Positions 38,345-48,258 of a stretch of 64,000 bases of DNA are shown here, piece after piece. The stretch spans positions 1,067 to 65,066 of the forward strand of contig JAHJQJ010000083.1 in NCBI GenBank assembly GCA_018819325.1, read 5' to 3'. Numbering within the stretch: position 1 is the stretch's first letter; each line of letters starts with the position of its first letter. The notes below the pieces were generated by a model. It saw only the letters and a list, made by a program, of their open reading frames with translations. It had not been told where the DNA came from and did not search any database. Made by a program: the position numbers and the translations under genes. The DNA comes from Patescibacteria group bacterium (GTDB taxonomy: Bacteria; Patescibacteriota; Microgenomatia; UBA1400; MFAQ01).

Positions 38345-39347
38345 AAACAATGTCACCTTGACTGATGTCACCTTTAATCTCTACTCTTTTTTCTCCATCG
38401 ATTCCTACTTCAACGTAAACCTTGTCGTTCTTGGGAGAAAGTTTTATGAACTTTCCGTCTTTATCGGAATTTAAGTATTTGGGAGGGATGTATAGAACGT
38501 CATCTTTTATTTCTAAGATAAAACTGGCGTCGCCTGTCATGCCGATTCTGTATTTTTCTGTGTCTAGTTCGTTAAAGGCTACCCTGACCTCGTAAACCGT
38601 GCCTTGTTGTCCTGTGCTGGGAGTAAAGGCAATGCTTTTAACGGTTGCTTCTATTTCTTTTTCTGGGTAGGAGTCTAGGGTGATATAGACGGGTTGGTCA
38701 ACAGCAAGATCTTTTATCTCTGTTTGGTCTGCTTGAATCTCGAAGTACATGGTTTCTGGGTTTAGAATCTCTATTTGAGATTGGGCAGAAGTGGTGTTTA
38801 TACCGGAGAATGGCAAAACTACACTGGTGATTAAACCGGCGAATGGCGCTTTTAGGTAACCGTTTCTTAGATTTTCTTGGGCAATTTCTAAGGCTCTGTA
38901 GGCTCTGTCTCTTCCGGCTTCTGCTGTGGTTCGTAGGTCTTTTTGGGCCATGGTTTCGTCGTCGTCGTGATCTTTAACTTGGTCTAGAATGTTGTCTACT
39001 GTGGCTTGGTATTTTCTTAGATCGGCTACAGCCTGTTCATACTGGGACTGCAGGCTGTTGGCGTTTAGCCTTAATAGGTACTGACCTTTTTTGACCCAGT
39101 CGCCCTCTTTTACACCTATCCAGGAAAGTTCACCTGAAGATTGAAAATTAAGTTGAGCGTGCTCTACCGCTCTAATTCTTCCGGTAAGAATAATTTCATG
39201 GCGAACCGAGCCTTTTTCTATAGTGGCGCTGTCTAGGTCTTGGTTGGCTGAAGACTTGTTTTTAAACCAAAGGCCACCACCTATGGCCAGTACAACAACG
39301 ACTGCCCAGACCCATTTTTTTTGAAATAACTTATTTTTTTTAGCCAT
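38337..39347 (-). CDS. Efflux periplasmic adaptor (HlyD/MacA-like membrane fusion protein)
   Basis: N-terminal TM, coiled-coil hairpin and beta-barrel-like regions; first gene of the tripartite operon. Confidence 0.65.
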   Translation of the reverse strand: MAKKNKLFQKKWVWAVVVVLAIGGGLWFKNKSSANQDLDSATIEKGSVRHEIILTGRIRAVEHAQLNFQSSGELSWIGVKEGDWVKKGQYLLRLNANSLQSQYEQAVADLRKYQATVDNILDQVKDHDDDETMAQKDLRTTAEAGRDRAYRALEIAQENLRNGYLKAPFAGLITSVVLPFSGINTTSAQSQIEILNPETMYFEIQADQTEIKDLAVDQPVYITLDSYPEKEIEATVKSIAFTPSTGQQGTVYEVRVAFNELDTEKYRIGMTGDASFILEIKDDVLYIPPKYLNSDKDGKFIKLSPKNDKVYVEVGIDGEKRVEIKGDISQGDIVYD

Positions 39348-39386
39348 AATCTTTTTCTATTTTATCACTACTTGAACCTAATTTCT

Positions 39387-39411
39387 CTAGGCACGACCCG
39401 CGGGGTTGAGC
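39387..39411. repeat. R3 repeat CTAGGCACGACCCGCGGGGTTGAGC (second copy at 39741-39765)
   Basis: Direct repeats flanking a ~330-bp block made entirely of R1 and R2 units. Confidence 0.6.
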
Positions 39412-39450
39412 GTGGATAATCTATATTGCGATTCGGGATCATTCATTCCC

Positions 39451-39603
39451 CGTCATTCTGGTCTGTCCCCTCGTCATTCCCGCGCAGGCGGGAATCCAGC
39501 ATTAGTGCCCTGCTCGTCATTCTGGTAAGTGAGTCTTCGAACGCATCCAGAATCGTTATCAGAGCATGGTATACGGAATGGATTCTGGACAAGCCAGAAT
39601 GAC
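39451..39603. repeat. Cluster of R1 units (GTCATTCTGG..., GTCATTCCCGCGCAGGCGGGAATCC, ...GGATTCTGGACAAGCCAGAATGAC)
   Basis: Includes the ATTCCC-N8-GGGAAT core; the sub-unit GAGTCTTCGAACGCATCCAGAATCG recurs reverse-complemented at 57528-57560. Confidence 0.75.
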
Positions 39604-39656
39604 GAAGATACGCTGATGCTAGATCCTTCGCCAGAGCTCAGGATGACGTGGGGTAG

Positions 39657-39680
39657 GTGCAGAAAGGACTGTCCTTTCCT
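39657..39680. repeat. R2 palindrome (consensus ACAGAAAGGAC-NGN-CCTTTCTGT)
   Basis: Copies at 39657, 40337-40361, 43894-43918, 44288-44312 (degenerate), 46005-46031, 47317-47340 and 49398-49465 (split variant); all are intergenic. Confidence 0.8.
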
Positions 39681-39774
39681 CGGCTCTATAGCCGAGGAGC
39701 CCGCGGCTGTAGCCGCTCCTTTTAAGGACAGACCTTTCTTCTAGGCGTGACCCGCGGGGTTAAGCCTAATCTTA

Positions 39775-40305
39775 TTAACCTTTAGGAAGTAGTTTTTTAT
39801 ATTTTTCAATCTTTTCATTCAACCTCATCGTCGCATAACGTGGAGAGGGGGATGGTAACGTAACAAGCTCAATCTCTGGATGTCGAATAATAATTTCTTT
39901 AAAAATTTGCTTAAATTTTTTCTCCACAAAACAACTGGAAAAAAGGATTTTATTGATTGGGTACCTATTTAAAATTTTCGCAATTGCTTTTGTGTTGTAA
40001 ATAAAATTTGTTAAATTTGTATCAAGGTTGTTTCCTTTTTTCCTTTCACATTGGTAAATTATATCCGCCATAGCAATCCCCAGATCAGTAAATAACTTCT
40101 TTCTCATAACTGTGTCTTTTAACTCAAGTCCATAAACTGCTTCTAAAATTGGCCAGAATTGATTTCTTTTTGTTGCATAAAACCAGTCATAAGAAGGATC
40201 ATTGGCTATATTTCCTTTTACCGCTTGCCTGCCAGTAAAACTTCCTAAAATTATGCAACCTGCCTTTGGAGGAACAAAGTTGCCGAAAGCGTGTGTTTCT
40301 ATCAT
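39775..40305 (-). CDS. Uracil-DNA glycosylase superfamily protein (Mug/TDG- or hypoxanthine-DNA glycosylase-like)
   Basis: GCIILGSFTG ... LVTLPSPSPRY resemble the UDG-fold motif pair; bracketed on both sides by R2 palindromes. Confidence 0.5.
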   Translation of the reverse strand: MIETHAFGNFVPPKAGCIILGSFTGRQAVKGNIANDPSYDWFYATKRNQFWPILEAVYGLELKDTVMRKKLFTDLGIAMADIIYQCERKKGNNLDTNLTNFIYNTKAIAKILNRYPINKILFSSCFVEKKFKQIFKEIIIRHPEIELVTLPSPSPRYATMRLNEKIEKYKKLLPKG

Positions 40306-40370
40306 GAGTTATTTATTTTATCATGAGGTTTATGAGATCCAGAAAGGACTGTTCTTTCTCTGGGTAGTGG

Positions 40371-41213
40371 TTATTTTAAGAGGGCGTGGGTGGCTTGGAT
40401 GTTTTTTAGGTCTGGGCCGGATTTGTTTTGACCTGGGGTCTCTAAGATTATTGGCAGGTGATTTAGTTTAGGATGATTGATAAAGTTTGATAAACCAACC
40501 TTACCTATTTCTCCTTGGCCAATGTTTTCGTGCTGGTCGTGGCCGGAACTTAGAGGAGTTTTAGAGTCATTTAGGTGCAAACAGACCAAATGTTTTAGTA
40601 GTTTTTTGGTTTGTAAGTCATTAACTAGGTCTTGAACAACTTTTAGTTTTCTTAAGTCGTAGCCTGCTTCAAAAAGATGGGCGGAGTCCAAACAGATTTT
40701 GACTCTGGGAGAATTAATTTGATTGACTAAAGTATTAATTTCTTCTATTGAGCCAATTTTGTTTTTTTCACCAGCAGAGTTTTCAATGATAAAAGGTGTG
40801 TCTTGGGTGTTTTTTAATAATTTTTTAATTAATTTAACTACTTGGTCTTTGGTCGAGTCGAATCCCCTGCCTTGGTGGGAGCCAATATGAACAATGACGC
40901 CAGCGGAGTTTATTTTTTGGCCATTGCTTAGATCTATTAATAAAGCCTGGTAAGATTTGTTTAATAAATTAGGATTATCTGAGGCGAGATTGACCAAATA
41001 TAAGGCATGAATAAAAACAGGGGTTAGATTTTGTTGTTTAATTTGCTTATTAAAATTTTGGACTTGATCTTGGGGGAAGGGGTTTCTGGCCCAACTGCGA
41101 GGAGAGCCAGCAAATATTTGCAGACAATTTCCGGACATATCAAGGGTATTTTTAACAGAGTTAGTTAAACCACCAGCGATAGAGACATGACCACCTACTT
41201 TACGGGGTGACAT
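40371..41213 (-). CDS. nfo: Endonuclease IV (AP endonuclease family 2)
   Basis: VSIAGG...IVHIGSH...ENSAGE...[13 protein letters not shown]...LHLNDSK are TIM-barrel Nfo motifs. Confidence 0.8.
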   Translation of the reverse strand: MSPRKVGGHVSIAGGLTNSVKNTLDMSGNCLQIFAGSPRSWARNPFPQDQVQNFNKQIKQQNLTPVFIHALYLVNLASDNPNLLNKSYQALLIDLSNGQKINSAGVIVHIGSHQGRGFDSTKDQVVKLIKKLLKNTQDTPFIIENSAGEKNKIGSIEEINTLVNQINSPRVKICLDSAHLFEAGYDLRKLKVVQDLVNDLQTKKLLKHLVCLHLNDSKTPLSSGHDQHENIGQGEIGKVGLSNFINHPKLNHLPIILETPGQNKSGPDLKNIQATHALLK

Positions 41214-41829
41214 TTATTGATACTATGACAACATCTTCTATTGGCTTGTCTTGAGCGCCCACTTCTACATTACCTATTTTTTCTAAGATATCCATGCCTG
41301 CTATTACCTGGCCAAAAATGGTGTGTAAGCCGTTTAAGTGGGGTGTGGGGGCTAGGGTAATAAAAAACTGAGAACCGTTGGTATTAGGGCCGCTGTTGGC
41401 CATAGCCAAAATTCCGGCTTTATCAAAGGTGAGACCTTGGTTAAATTCGTCTGCGAATGAGTAACCTGGTCCACCAGTGCCGGTACCTAAAGGGTCACCA
41501 CCCTGGATCATAAAACCACTAATAACGCGATGAAATATAAGATTATTATAAAAAGGATCCTTGCCTTCACTGCCAGTTGAAAGATCAACAAAGTTGGCCA
41601 CGGTTAGAGGAGCCTTGTTAGGGAAAAGTTCTAAGGTTATTGGCCCTAGACTAGTATTAATGGTGGCCGAAATGGGAAGGGTGGGTGGTGTGGATGTGGG
41701 TGTCATTTGATTTGTGGTTTGATTATTAACTAATACTTTATCATCATCCACTAATGGAGAGATGGGTTTGGTCGTACAGGCTGAAAGAAAAATAGCAGAG
41801 AGAAGAAGGAGGCTGATTTTTTTTAACAT
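41200..41829 (-). CDS. Cyclophilin-type peptidyl-prolyl cis-trans isomerase, lipoprotein
   Basis: [11 protein letters not shown] lipobox; [25 protein letters not shown]. Confidence 0.8.
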   Translation of the reverse strand: MLKKISLLLLSAIFLSACTTKPISPLVDDDKVLVNNQTTNQMTPTSTPPTLPISATINTSLGPITLELFPNKAPLTVANFVDLSTGSEGKDPFYNNLIFHRVISGFMIQGGDPLGTGTGGPGYSFADEFNQGLTFDKAGILAMANSGPNTNGSQFFITLAPTPHLNGLHTIFGQVIAGMDILEKIGNVEVGAQDKPIEDVVIVSINVTP

Positions 41830-41860
41830 TTAAGTTATTCTACCAAGAAAATGATAAGAT

Positions 41861-42073
41861 TTGTTTATGGAAATGCCTGTGGTTGTAGGAGTTATTTTGG
41901 CTTTGATATTTATTGTTTCTTTTTCAGGCTGGTTTTACAATGTGATCAGTGGAGCAAGGCAATTGGTGTTGGACGACGAGTTTTTTGGTTGGAGAATAGC
42001 CTGGACAAGTTTTATTTCTATGGCTTTTATGGTAGCCGTGTTTTTTGGCTTAGTAGCTCTAGGAAACGGTTAA
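41861..42073 (+). CDS. Small membrane protein (2 TM), hypothetical
   Basis: Hydrophobic 70-aa ORF, preferred over the overlapping 41851..42099 frame. Confidence 0.25.
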   Translation: MFMEMPVVVGVILALIFIVSFSGWFYNVISGARQLVLDDEFFGWRIAWTSFISMAFMVAVFFGLVALGNG

Positions 42074-42295
42074 TCAGTTTTTCCAAACAGAAATGGTGAT
42101 CCAATCATTTCCTCGACGTTTAATGGCAACGGCTATCTGATAGGTACCGAAGTTTTTAATATGTTTTTTTGAAGTGTAAGCTTTACTGTTTACAACCTGA
42201 TCTGGGAAACGAACGGTTTTGTCTAGATCGTTTAAATTTACGCCACGCTCTAAAGCTCTTTGTTTTACGTGATTAGTTAGGATAATTTGTGCCAT
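42074..42295 (-). CDS. Small hypothetical protein (DUF4258-like?)
   Basis: 73 aa: ILTNHVKQRALERGVNLNDL. Confidence 0.3.
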   Translation of the reverse strand: MAQIILTNHVKQRALERGVNLNDLDKTVRFPDQVVNSKAYTSKKHIKNFGTYQIAVAIKRRGNDWITISVWKN

Positions 42296-42583
42296 CTACA
42301 TACCAGAAGGAGTCACATCGTCTGGGTTTTCGGCTAATGGAGAAGCCAGAGGAGTTTCTACCGGGGCTACTGGGGTTTCAACTGGGGGCAATGGGGCTTC
42401 AACCGTGGGAGTAACTTCTGGAGTGGGGTCTGGGTCCACAGAAGGAGAGGGGGTTAAAGGAGGCAGGGGGTCTGTTGCGGGAGCTGGTGGGGTGACTGGT
42501 GGGGCGGGGGTTGTTAACTTAGGATCTATGTTTAGATCCATACCTGAAGTGGTTGGGGGGGTTGGGTTTGTGTTGTCGTCCAT
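42296..42583 (-). CDS. Pro/Thr-rich low-complexity protein
   Basis: 95 aa with PxxP repeats; could equally be non-coding. Confidence 0.25.
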   Translation of the reverse strand: MDDNTNPTPPTTSGMDLNIDPKLTTPAPPVTPPAPATDPLPPLTPSPSVDPDPTPEVTPTVEAPLPPVETPVAPVETPLASPLAENPDDVTPSGM

Positions 42584-42655
42584 TTGTTTTTTTATTTAAT
42601 TAACAATATCTTAATATTAAAGGTAACTGTAATGGTTGTCAAATCTAGTTTTGTT

Positions 42656-43540
42656 TTAGATTTTTTGACCTACTATGATTACAACGTCGAATTCGGAGTC
42701 TTCTTCTAGAGCGTCACCCAATTTTACGTCGTAATCGCTGTTTAAAGCTCTTTCTATTGTGTCGTAAACAGCCTTGGGTGTATCTGCTTTGAGTTGTACC
42801 TCTGTGTCTTGATAGTCATAAGAGTCGGCGTTGGTGGTGTCTGCTTCGTTAAAACCTTCTGCTTGAAGTATTTCATCTACAGCACCGGCTTGGCCAGCGG
42901 TGCCGGAGCCGTTTTGAATTTGGAGGGTGTATTCGGTTAGGTCAAGTTCTTCGGGTGTTGGTGTAGGTGTTTCAGTAACGGTTTCGGTAACAACTGCTTC
43001 TGGAGTCTCGTTGGCTTTGGAGCGAATGTCTTGATTATTAGTGGCTGAACGAGAGTAAAGAATGCCGCCGGTTAGGGCTCCGCCAACAACCAAGGTTATT
43101 GCTAGGGCCATAAATAAGCCTTTGTTGGATTTAGTTTTGACATCATTTTTTTCTGATGGTTCCTGGTCGAACTTTATTTCTGGTGTGTTTGGAATAGGGG
43201 TGGTGTCTACAACTGGTTCAGTAACGGATTCCACTTCAGCCACTGGCTCCACGACTTCGGCCTTTGGCTCTGGTTCTGCTACGGGGTCGGATGCCGGTTT
43301 TATTTCTAACTCGTCTTGATCTTTAGTAATGGTTTTGTTCTTCTTTGCTGCAGTAGCCATAATATTAATATTCTTTTTGACTACTTCCCATTGTGCAGGA
43401 ACATCTATGCTTTTGTCAATATGATCACCCGATATAATAATTCCTTTGATCTTAAGATTGTATTTTTGTTTTATGGTAGAGGCTATGCTAACCAAAGTCT
43501 CTATGCCCAGACTAGACTGATTATGGGCTAAGAAAACCAC
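42656..43540 (-). CDS. LytR_C-domain protein (TM plus C-terminal LytR cell-envelope-related domain); the N-terminus may be disrupted
   Basis: C-terminal YTLQIQNGSGTAGQAGAVDEILQAEGF...VVIIVG is LytR_C. The start is GTG, and the in-frame upstream sequence continues as protein-like back to a TAA with no ATG. Confidence 0.45.
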   Translation of the reverse strand: MVFLAHNQSSLGIETLVSIASTIKQKYNLKIKGIIISGDHIDKSIDVPAQWEVVKKNINIMATAAKKNKTITKDQDELEIKPASDPVAEPEPKAEVVEPVAEVESVTEPVVDTTPIPNTPEIKFDQEPSEKNDVKTKSNKGLFMALAITLVVGGALTGGILYSRSATNNQDIRSKANETPEAVVTETVTETPTPTPEELDLTEYTLQIQNGSGTAGQAGAVDEILQAEGFNEADTTNADSYDYQDTEVQLKADTPKAVYDTIERALNSDYDVKLGDALEEDSEFDVVIIVGQKI

Positions 43541-44348
43541 ACCCTTAAAACTAGCGATGATCAGAGGTTCTTGAGTATGATGAAGAATAAGGTGGGGATA
43601 TTTGATATGTGCGGTTGATTGAGCAAGAATAACGGCGGCGGTTTGAAAAATCTGGTTCGTTTAGTAGCTAGTTCCGGATCTTCTATTTCTTTTACCCTTT
43701 CAAAACCCACTCGCGCTAGCCATCTTTAAGTCACTCCAATATTTCCTGGGCCTACCACTACCAGTTAATGCTTCAATGACATCTATAACCGAAAACCACC
43801 ACTCATTTTTGTAAATTATCCGTCTGATTTCTTTTTGGCGGAAGATGGCGATTTTGAAAAAATGAAAGAGTAGGAGTGGGAAGAAGTACCAGGCACAGAA
43901 AGGACGGACCTTTCTGTGGATAGGTTAAAAATCTAGGCCTTCTACCGCAAGAATACCTTTATCAAATGAGTGTTTAACCTTTCTCATCTCTGTTACCAAA
44001 TCGGCTTTTTCTATCATTCATAGCCAGATTCTACCATATAGCAAGACTTAAATAGATTAAGCGGTTTGGAATTACAAAAAGGACAGCCTGACTTTTAATT
44101 ATGGCAAATTCGCCATAATTAAAATTTGGATTGTTAAGTCTTTCCCATATTCCCAAAAATTCAACGGTGTTTCTGTTCCGAAGCCAATCAGAAATAAAAA
44201 AATCACCCTCTTTTACCTTCAAGAAGAGAGGTTACACATCTGAACAGTCACGACCGGAGTCGAGGACAGTTCCGATGAGAAACCTTTCCACCACAGAAAG
44301 GACTGTCCCTTGGGGCGGAGGGCAGTGTTGCAATGGGTTGAACAACCG

Positions 44349-44648
44349 TTATTTTTTGGCTTTTTTAATTTCTCGGTTGATGTCTTTTAAATATTTGTCT
44401 GTAAGTTCTTTTAATTTTTTGAAATCAATTTTTTGATATATCTCATTGTTAAATCTATCGGCAAAATTAAACCGCCTCCCCGCCGCAATCTCCTTCCCCC
44501 ATTCAGCATAAGCATAATGAACAAATTTTTCAGAATTTTCTTTATCGCCAAGCGCAGAATGCCACCCTGCCCAAGCCGCATGCCTCAGCGAACAAGACGT
44601 AAATAAAAATACTGGCTCTTTGTATGATTGTTTTGACATATTTTTCAA
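44349..44648 (-). CDS. Hypothetical protein
   Basis: 99 aa with no recognised domain. Confidence 0.3.
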   Translation of the reverse strand: MKNMSKQSYKEPVFLFTSCSLRHAAWAGWHSALGDKENSEKFVHYAYAEWGKEIAAGRRFNFADRFNNEIYQKIDFKKLKELTDKYLKDINREIKKAKK

Positions 44649-44683
44649 ACTAGTCCGCTTAAAAACTCACCTGCGATCAACTG

Positions 44684-45826
44684 TTAACTAATAATTGAAC
44701 TGGCCCATAAATTCTCAAGGAATGTTTTCCAGGGCATAATGGTGATGTCGCCAACTTTCCGTGGTTTAGTGTCTAACGAGACAACGATGGCCTGTTTGGG
44801 TTTATATTCTTCACAAAAAGCGTTTAAACCCCGCAAATGTTGCGTGTGGACTTCTGGGACACCTTTTACTTCTAGAGCAATTTCCCCATCGCCAAGAATA
44901 AAGTCTACCTCTAACCCAGATGTTGTTCTCCAATAAGAAATTGGGTACGCCAAGCCAGAATAATGACTATGGGCGCTGATTTCTTGCCAAATAAACTGTT
45001 CAAATGCCCGGCCAAAAATCTCACTGCCGGCGGCAATGGTTCCCCGTTTAAGAAGCGTGTTAGCGACACCAAGATCAAAGAAATAAAACTTTGGCGTGAC
45101 AACAATCCGCCGTTTTGGTTTTTTTTGGAATGCTGGGACAAAACGTGCCAGTAAGGTATCTTCTAAAATCTGAAAATATTCTCTAACTGTGGGGCTACTT
45201 ACGCCGCATTCCCTGGCAATATTAACGAAATTTACCACCTCTCCGTTGGAAAATGACGCGGCTTCAAGAAACTTGGCAAAGGCCGGAACGTTTCTGGTTA
45301 AGGCTTCGGCGGCGATTTCTTCTTTTAAATAATCCCCCACATAAGAGCGGCCCAAAAGTTCCACTTGGTCAGCCTGATAATGCCGTGGCAAAAGGCCGTG
45401 ATTTAATGCCCGCAGAAGATTAAACTGGGGAATTTCTGCTGAAACCAAAGGGAAAAGTTCGTATCGTAAAGCCCGTCCGCCCAAAAGATTTCCGCCGCCA
45501 CGTTTAAGTTTACGGGCGCTGGAATCGCAGAGGATAAACTGAATTTTTTGGTTGACAATCAGCCACTGGATTTCATCAAGAAGCGAGGGGATCTTTTGCA
45601 CTTCATCAATAATGACCGGATGGGTGGGATAATTTGCCAGCAGTTCTTCTCTAAGTAATGACGGCCGACGATTCAATCGCTCGAATTCATTGGACAAAAG
45701 TAAATCGTAATATGGCGAATCGGGAAAGAGGTTTTTTAATAAAGTGCTTTTTCCGCTTTGACGCGGTCCCCACAGAAAACAACTTTCCGACCCTAAACCT
45801 TTAAATTGCTGCAGTCTTTGGTACAT
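44684..45826 (-). CDS. AAA-family ATPase with a C-terminal DUF4143 domain
   Basis: Walker A GPRQSGKST; architecture typical of AAA_14 plus DUF4143 proteins. Confidence 0.7.
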   Translation of the reverse strand: MYQRLQQFKGLGSESCFLWGPRQSGKSTLLKNLFPDSPYYDLLLSNEFERLNRRPSLLREELLANYPTHPVIIDEVQKIPSLLDEIQWLIVNQKIQFILCDSSARKLKRGGGNLLGGRALRYELFPLVSAEIPQFNLLRALNHGLLPRHYQADQVELLGRSYVGDYLKEEIAAEALTRNVPAFAKFLEAASFSNGEVVNFVNIARECGVSSPTVREYFQILEDTLLARFVPAFQKKPKRRIVVTPKFYFFDLGVANTLLKRGTIAAGSEIFGRAFEQFIWQEISAHSHYSGLAYPISYWRTTSGLEVDFILGDGEIALEVKGVPEVHTQHLRGLNAFCEEYKPKQAIVVSLDTKPRKVGDITIMPWKTFLENLWASSIIS

Positions 45827-46032
45827 AAATCTTAAAATTACATGTTATTTTAAATAACAACTTTATTATATCATGTAAACCTGTGATGTCAATCTTATTC
45901 GAGTGATCCCACTTTCGCGGGAATGACAGAGGGGGGAATTGTATGGGTCCCGCATCCCAGCCAAAGGCGGGCACGGCAAGTGCGGGATGACAGAGGGGGG
46001 GAAGTTACAGAAAGGACGGACCTTTCTGTAAA

Positions 46033-47235
46033 TTACAGGAAGGGTTCTGGTTTGTATCCAACAGGCAGGACACCTAATTTAGACTCAACAAACTTGGCTC
46101 TTTTAAGATAAAGGTCTTCTTCTGCCAGATCAAGATTTAAGCTATAAAAAACAGATTTACCTTGTTTTCTTTTTTGAACCCAGCCCTGGCTGACCCCCTT
46201 TTGCAGCTGGTTATTAAATGACTGCTCTGCCATTTTGCGTTTGATTCTTTTGTGTAAATTAGTATAGGTCAAGCTTTTTTCTTTAACCAAGGGTTTTAAT
46301 ATTTTCTTTTGCCTACTGTCACTTGTGTTTTTCTCTAGAAACTGCATACGCTGGAACTCGATGCTTGTTTTGTAGACCCCTAAGATCGACATGGCTAATG
46401 CTTCTATTATGAAGCTAGAAAAAATGGTTAGGTCTTTTTGCAGAAGAGAAGAGATTAACCTTTTGTAGTACTTGGGTTTGAACTGATGGTAGTAATATGA
46501 GGTACTGTATGTGTTTTTACTGTTTAAGTTAAGAAGTCTGTACAGAATGTGTTCTGTTACTCTGCACAAGCGTTTGTTGCCGTTGCAAAAGGGGTGGAGA
46601 GCATACAGAGCGTTGTGAAATATAGCGACGTTGGTGATGGTAAAGTTGTTTTTTAACCAGTTAATGAAGTCTGTTATGTTTCTATTGAGATCTTTGGCAG
46701 GCGAAGGTTGGTAATCGCCAACTTTGATGTTGTCGTTTTTTCTTAGATGCCCAGAGTTGTATACCTCAAATTGAAAAATATGTTCTTTGAATATGTCCAT
46801 TCCGGCTGTTAACTGGGCATGGATGTCTTTTAATAAATCTACGCTTAAGTCTGCCAACTTAAATGGTTTTTGATTTAGGTTGCGGAAAGTTTTAATGATA
46901 TTGAAGTACTCTAGCTTTTCATAGTCTGTTTGAGTAAGCTCCTCTTGGTTGTTGATTTTTTGCTCAATTAAGTTCCACTGCCGGTTGTCTTTGATAAATT
47001 TATAAATATTTTGGGCCTGTACTAAGGTTAGGTTAGAGTCTTCTGCCTTGGAGATAGCAAAAGAGGCAAATAGTTCGTTTTTGGAAATCAAGTTTGCTTC
47101 TATATCTGGGTTGAGAAACTTTTTTTCGTACAAGGATAGCTCTTGATCTAAATCTTGAATTTCTTTGTTGGAAAAAGGAATCTTGCCAGGGTGGAATTGA
47201 AGCTGTGAAAGGTATTTATTGGTCTTGGTGAACAT
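46033..47235 (-). CDS. Fic/DOC family protein
   Basis: Fic motif HPFCNGNKRLCR (HPFx[DEN]GNxR); C-terminal wHTH-like region. Confidence 0.7.
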   Translation of the reverse strand: MFTKTNKYLSQLQFHPGKIPFSNKEIQDLDQELSLYEKKFLNPDIEANLISKNELFASFAISKAEDSNLTLVQAQNIYKFIKDNRQWNLIEQKINNQEELTQTDYEKLEYFNIIKTFRNLNQKPFKLADLSVDLLKDIHAQLTAGMDIFKEHIFQFEVYNSGHLRKNDNIKVGDYQPSPAKDLNRNITDFINWLKNNFTITNVAIFHNALYALHPFCNGNKRLCRVTEHILYRLLNLNSKNTYSTSYYYHQFKPKYYKRLISSLLQKDLTIFSSFIIEALAMSILGVYKTSIEFQRMQFLEKNTSDSRQKKILKPLVKEKSLTYTNLHKRIKRKMAEQSFNNQLQKGVSQGWVQKRKQGKSVFYSLNLDLAEEDLYLKRAKFVESKLGVLPVGYKPEPFL

Positions 47236-47362
47236 TGATTTTTGCTCTAATATAACTCTAGTTATTACTCTAATTTTAACTCTATTTTTACTCTAAAGTC
47301 AAGAGTGATGGCAGGCACGAAAGGACTGTCCTTTCTGTGAAGTGGTAGGTTAGACATTTACT

Positions 47363-48232
47363 TTACTTTAGCAATTTTCCAGATGCCTTTTTCTTGTGTG
47401 TTGGCAAAATATTTTCTCTGGTAACAACTTTTTGCCCCGTCTGTAATTCATAATCTCTGCGTGCTCTTTTAGCCACGGCGCCGCCCTTTTTAGCTGGAGG
47501 GACATTTTTTCTAAAACCTCTGGCTTGTTCCTTCTTAGCTATATTTGCAGTTGAAAGTTCTGCCAAGGTTGTAAACAACAATTCTGCTTCAGACATATGA
47601 TCCCGCAAATTTTCCTGTTTTATTTTCTTTAGATTTTTGTGCTGACGGGTGGTTAAATCCGTCCATTCTTTATGAATAATGTTGGTAAGTAGTGCAAATT
47701 CTTTTTCTTTTGTGACTTCGTGTTCACTCCAATAATCTGTTAGCTTGTTTCTGATTTCCTGCCCCATCATTCTTTGCTGAATCCATTTTGCGCTCCGTCC
47801 CATTCTTTGCCAATAATCACGGCTACGATTAAGCGCTTTTCCTGGGTCGTTTATTTCTTCTATTCTTTCATAGCCAACGCGAGCCAACCAAAGTTTAACT
47901 GGCTCGGCCTTGGGGCTGGGAACCGATTGAATAAGGCGCAAAATTGTTTCCACATCCGCAACGTCGGTTTTATAATACTTTCCATCGGCAGACTGCAATT
48001 TCAGTTTGTCACATTTTGTGACAGACTCATTTCCCTCTTGTTTTAAACGACTTTTAAGCGTTGTCCAGTAGCTTTGTGCCTTTTTAAAATCGGGCTGTTC
48101 AATAAGAATAGCTATAATATCAATAACCGAAAAGTGCCATTTTTCTTGTTTTTCATCCCATAGGCGACGGATTTTGTTACCCTCAAAAATTGTAATTTGT
48201 TTTTTTGGTTGTTTGGGTAGAGTTCGGGTCAT
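47363..48232 (-). CDS. DinD-like DNA-damage-inducible protein with a Bro-N/KilA-N-like N-domain
   Basis: ITIFEGNKIRRLWDEKQEKWHFSVIDIIAIL N-terminus; C-terminal part resembles DinD. Confidence 0.5.
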   Translation of the reverse strand: MTRTLPKQPKKQITIFEGNKIRRLWDEKQEKWHFSVIDIIAILIEQPDFKKAQSYWTTLKSRLKQEGNESVTKCDKLKLQSADGKYYKTDVADVETILRLIQSVPSPKAEPVKLWLARVGYERIEEINDPGKALNRSRDYWQRMGRSAKWIQQRMMGQEIRNKLTDYWSEHEVTKEKEFALLTNIIHKEWTDLTTRQHKNLKKIKQENLRDHMSEAELLFTTLAELSTANIAKKEQARGFRKNVPPAKKGGAVAKRARRDYELQTGQKVVTRENILPTHKKKASGKLLK

Positions 48233-48258
48233 GATTTAATAATGGTCTTTCTTCCCGA

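Noticed and set aside
41851-42099. The 82-aa ORF overlapping 41861..42073
   Set aside because: The Cys- and Phe-rich translation is implausible; the alternative frame encodes a cleaner 2-TM peptide.
44031-44222. The 63-aa ORF MKVKEGDFFISDWLRNRNTVEFLGIWERLNNPNFN...
   Set aside because: It is protein-like but short and truncated, lies among R2 repeats, and could not be assigned, so it is left uncalled as a possible gene remnant.
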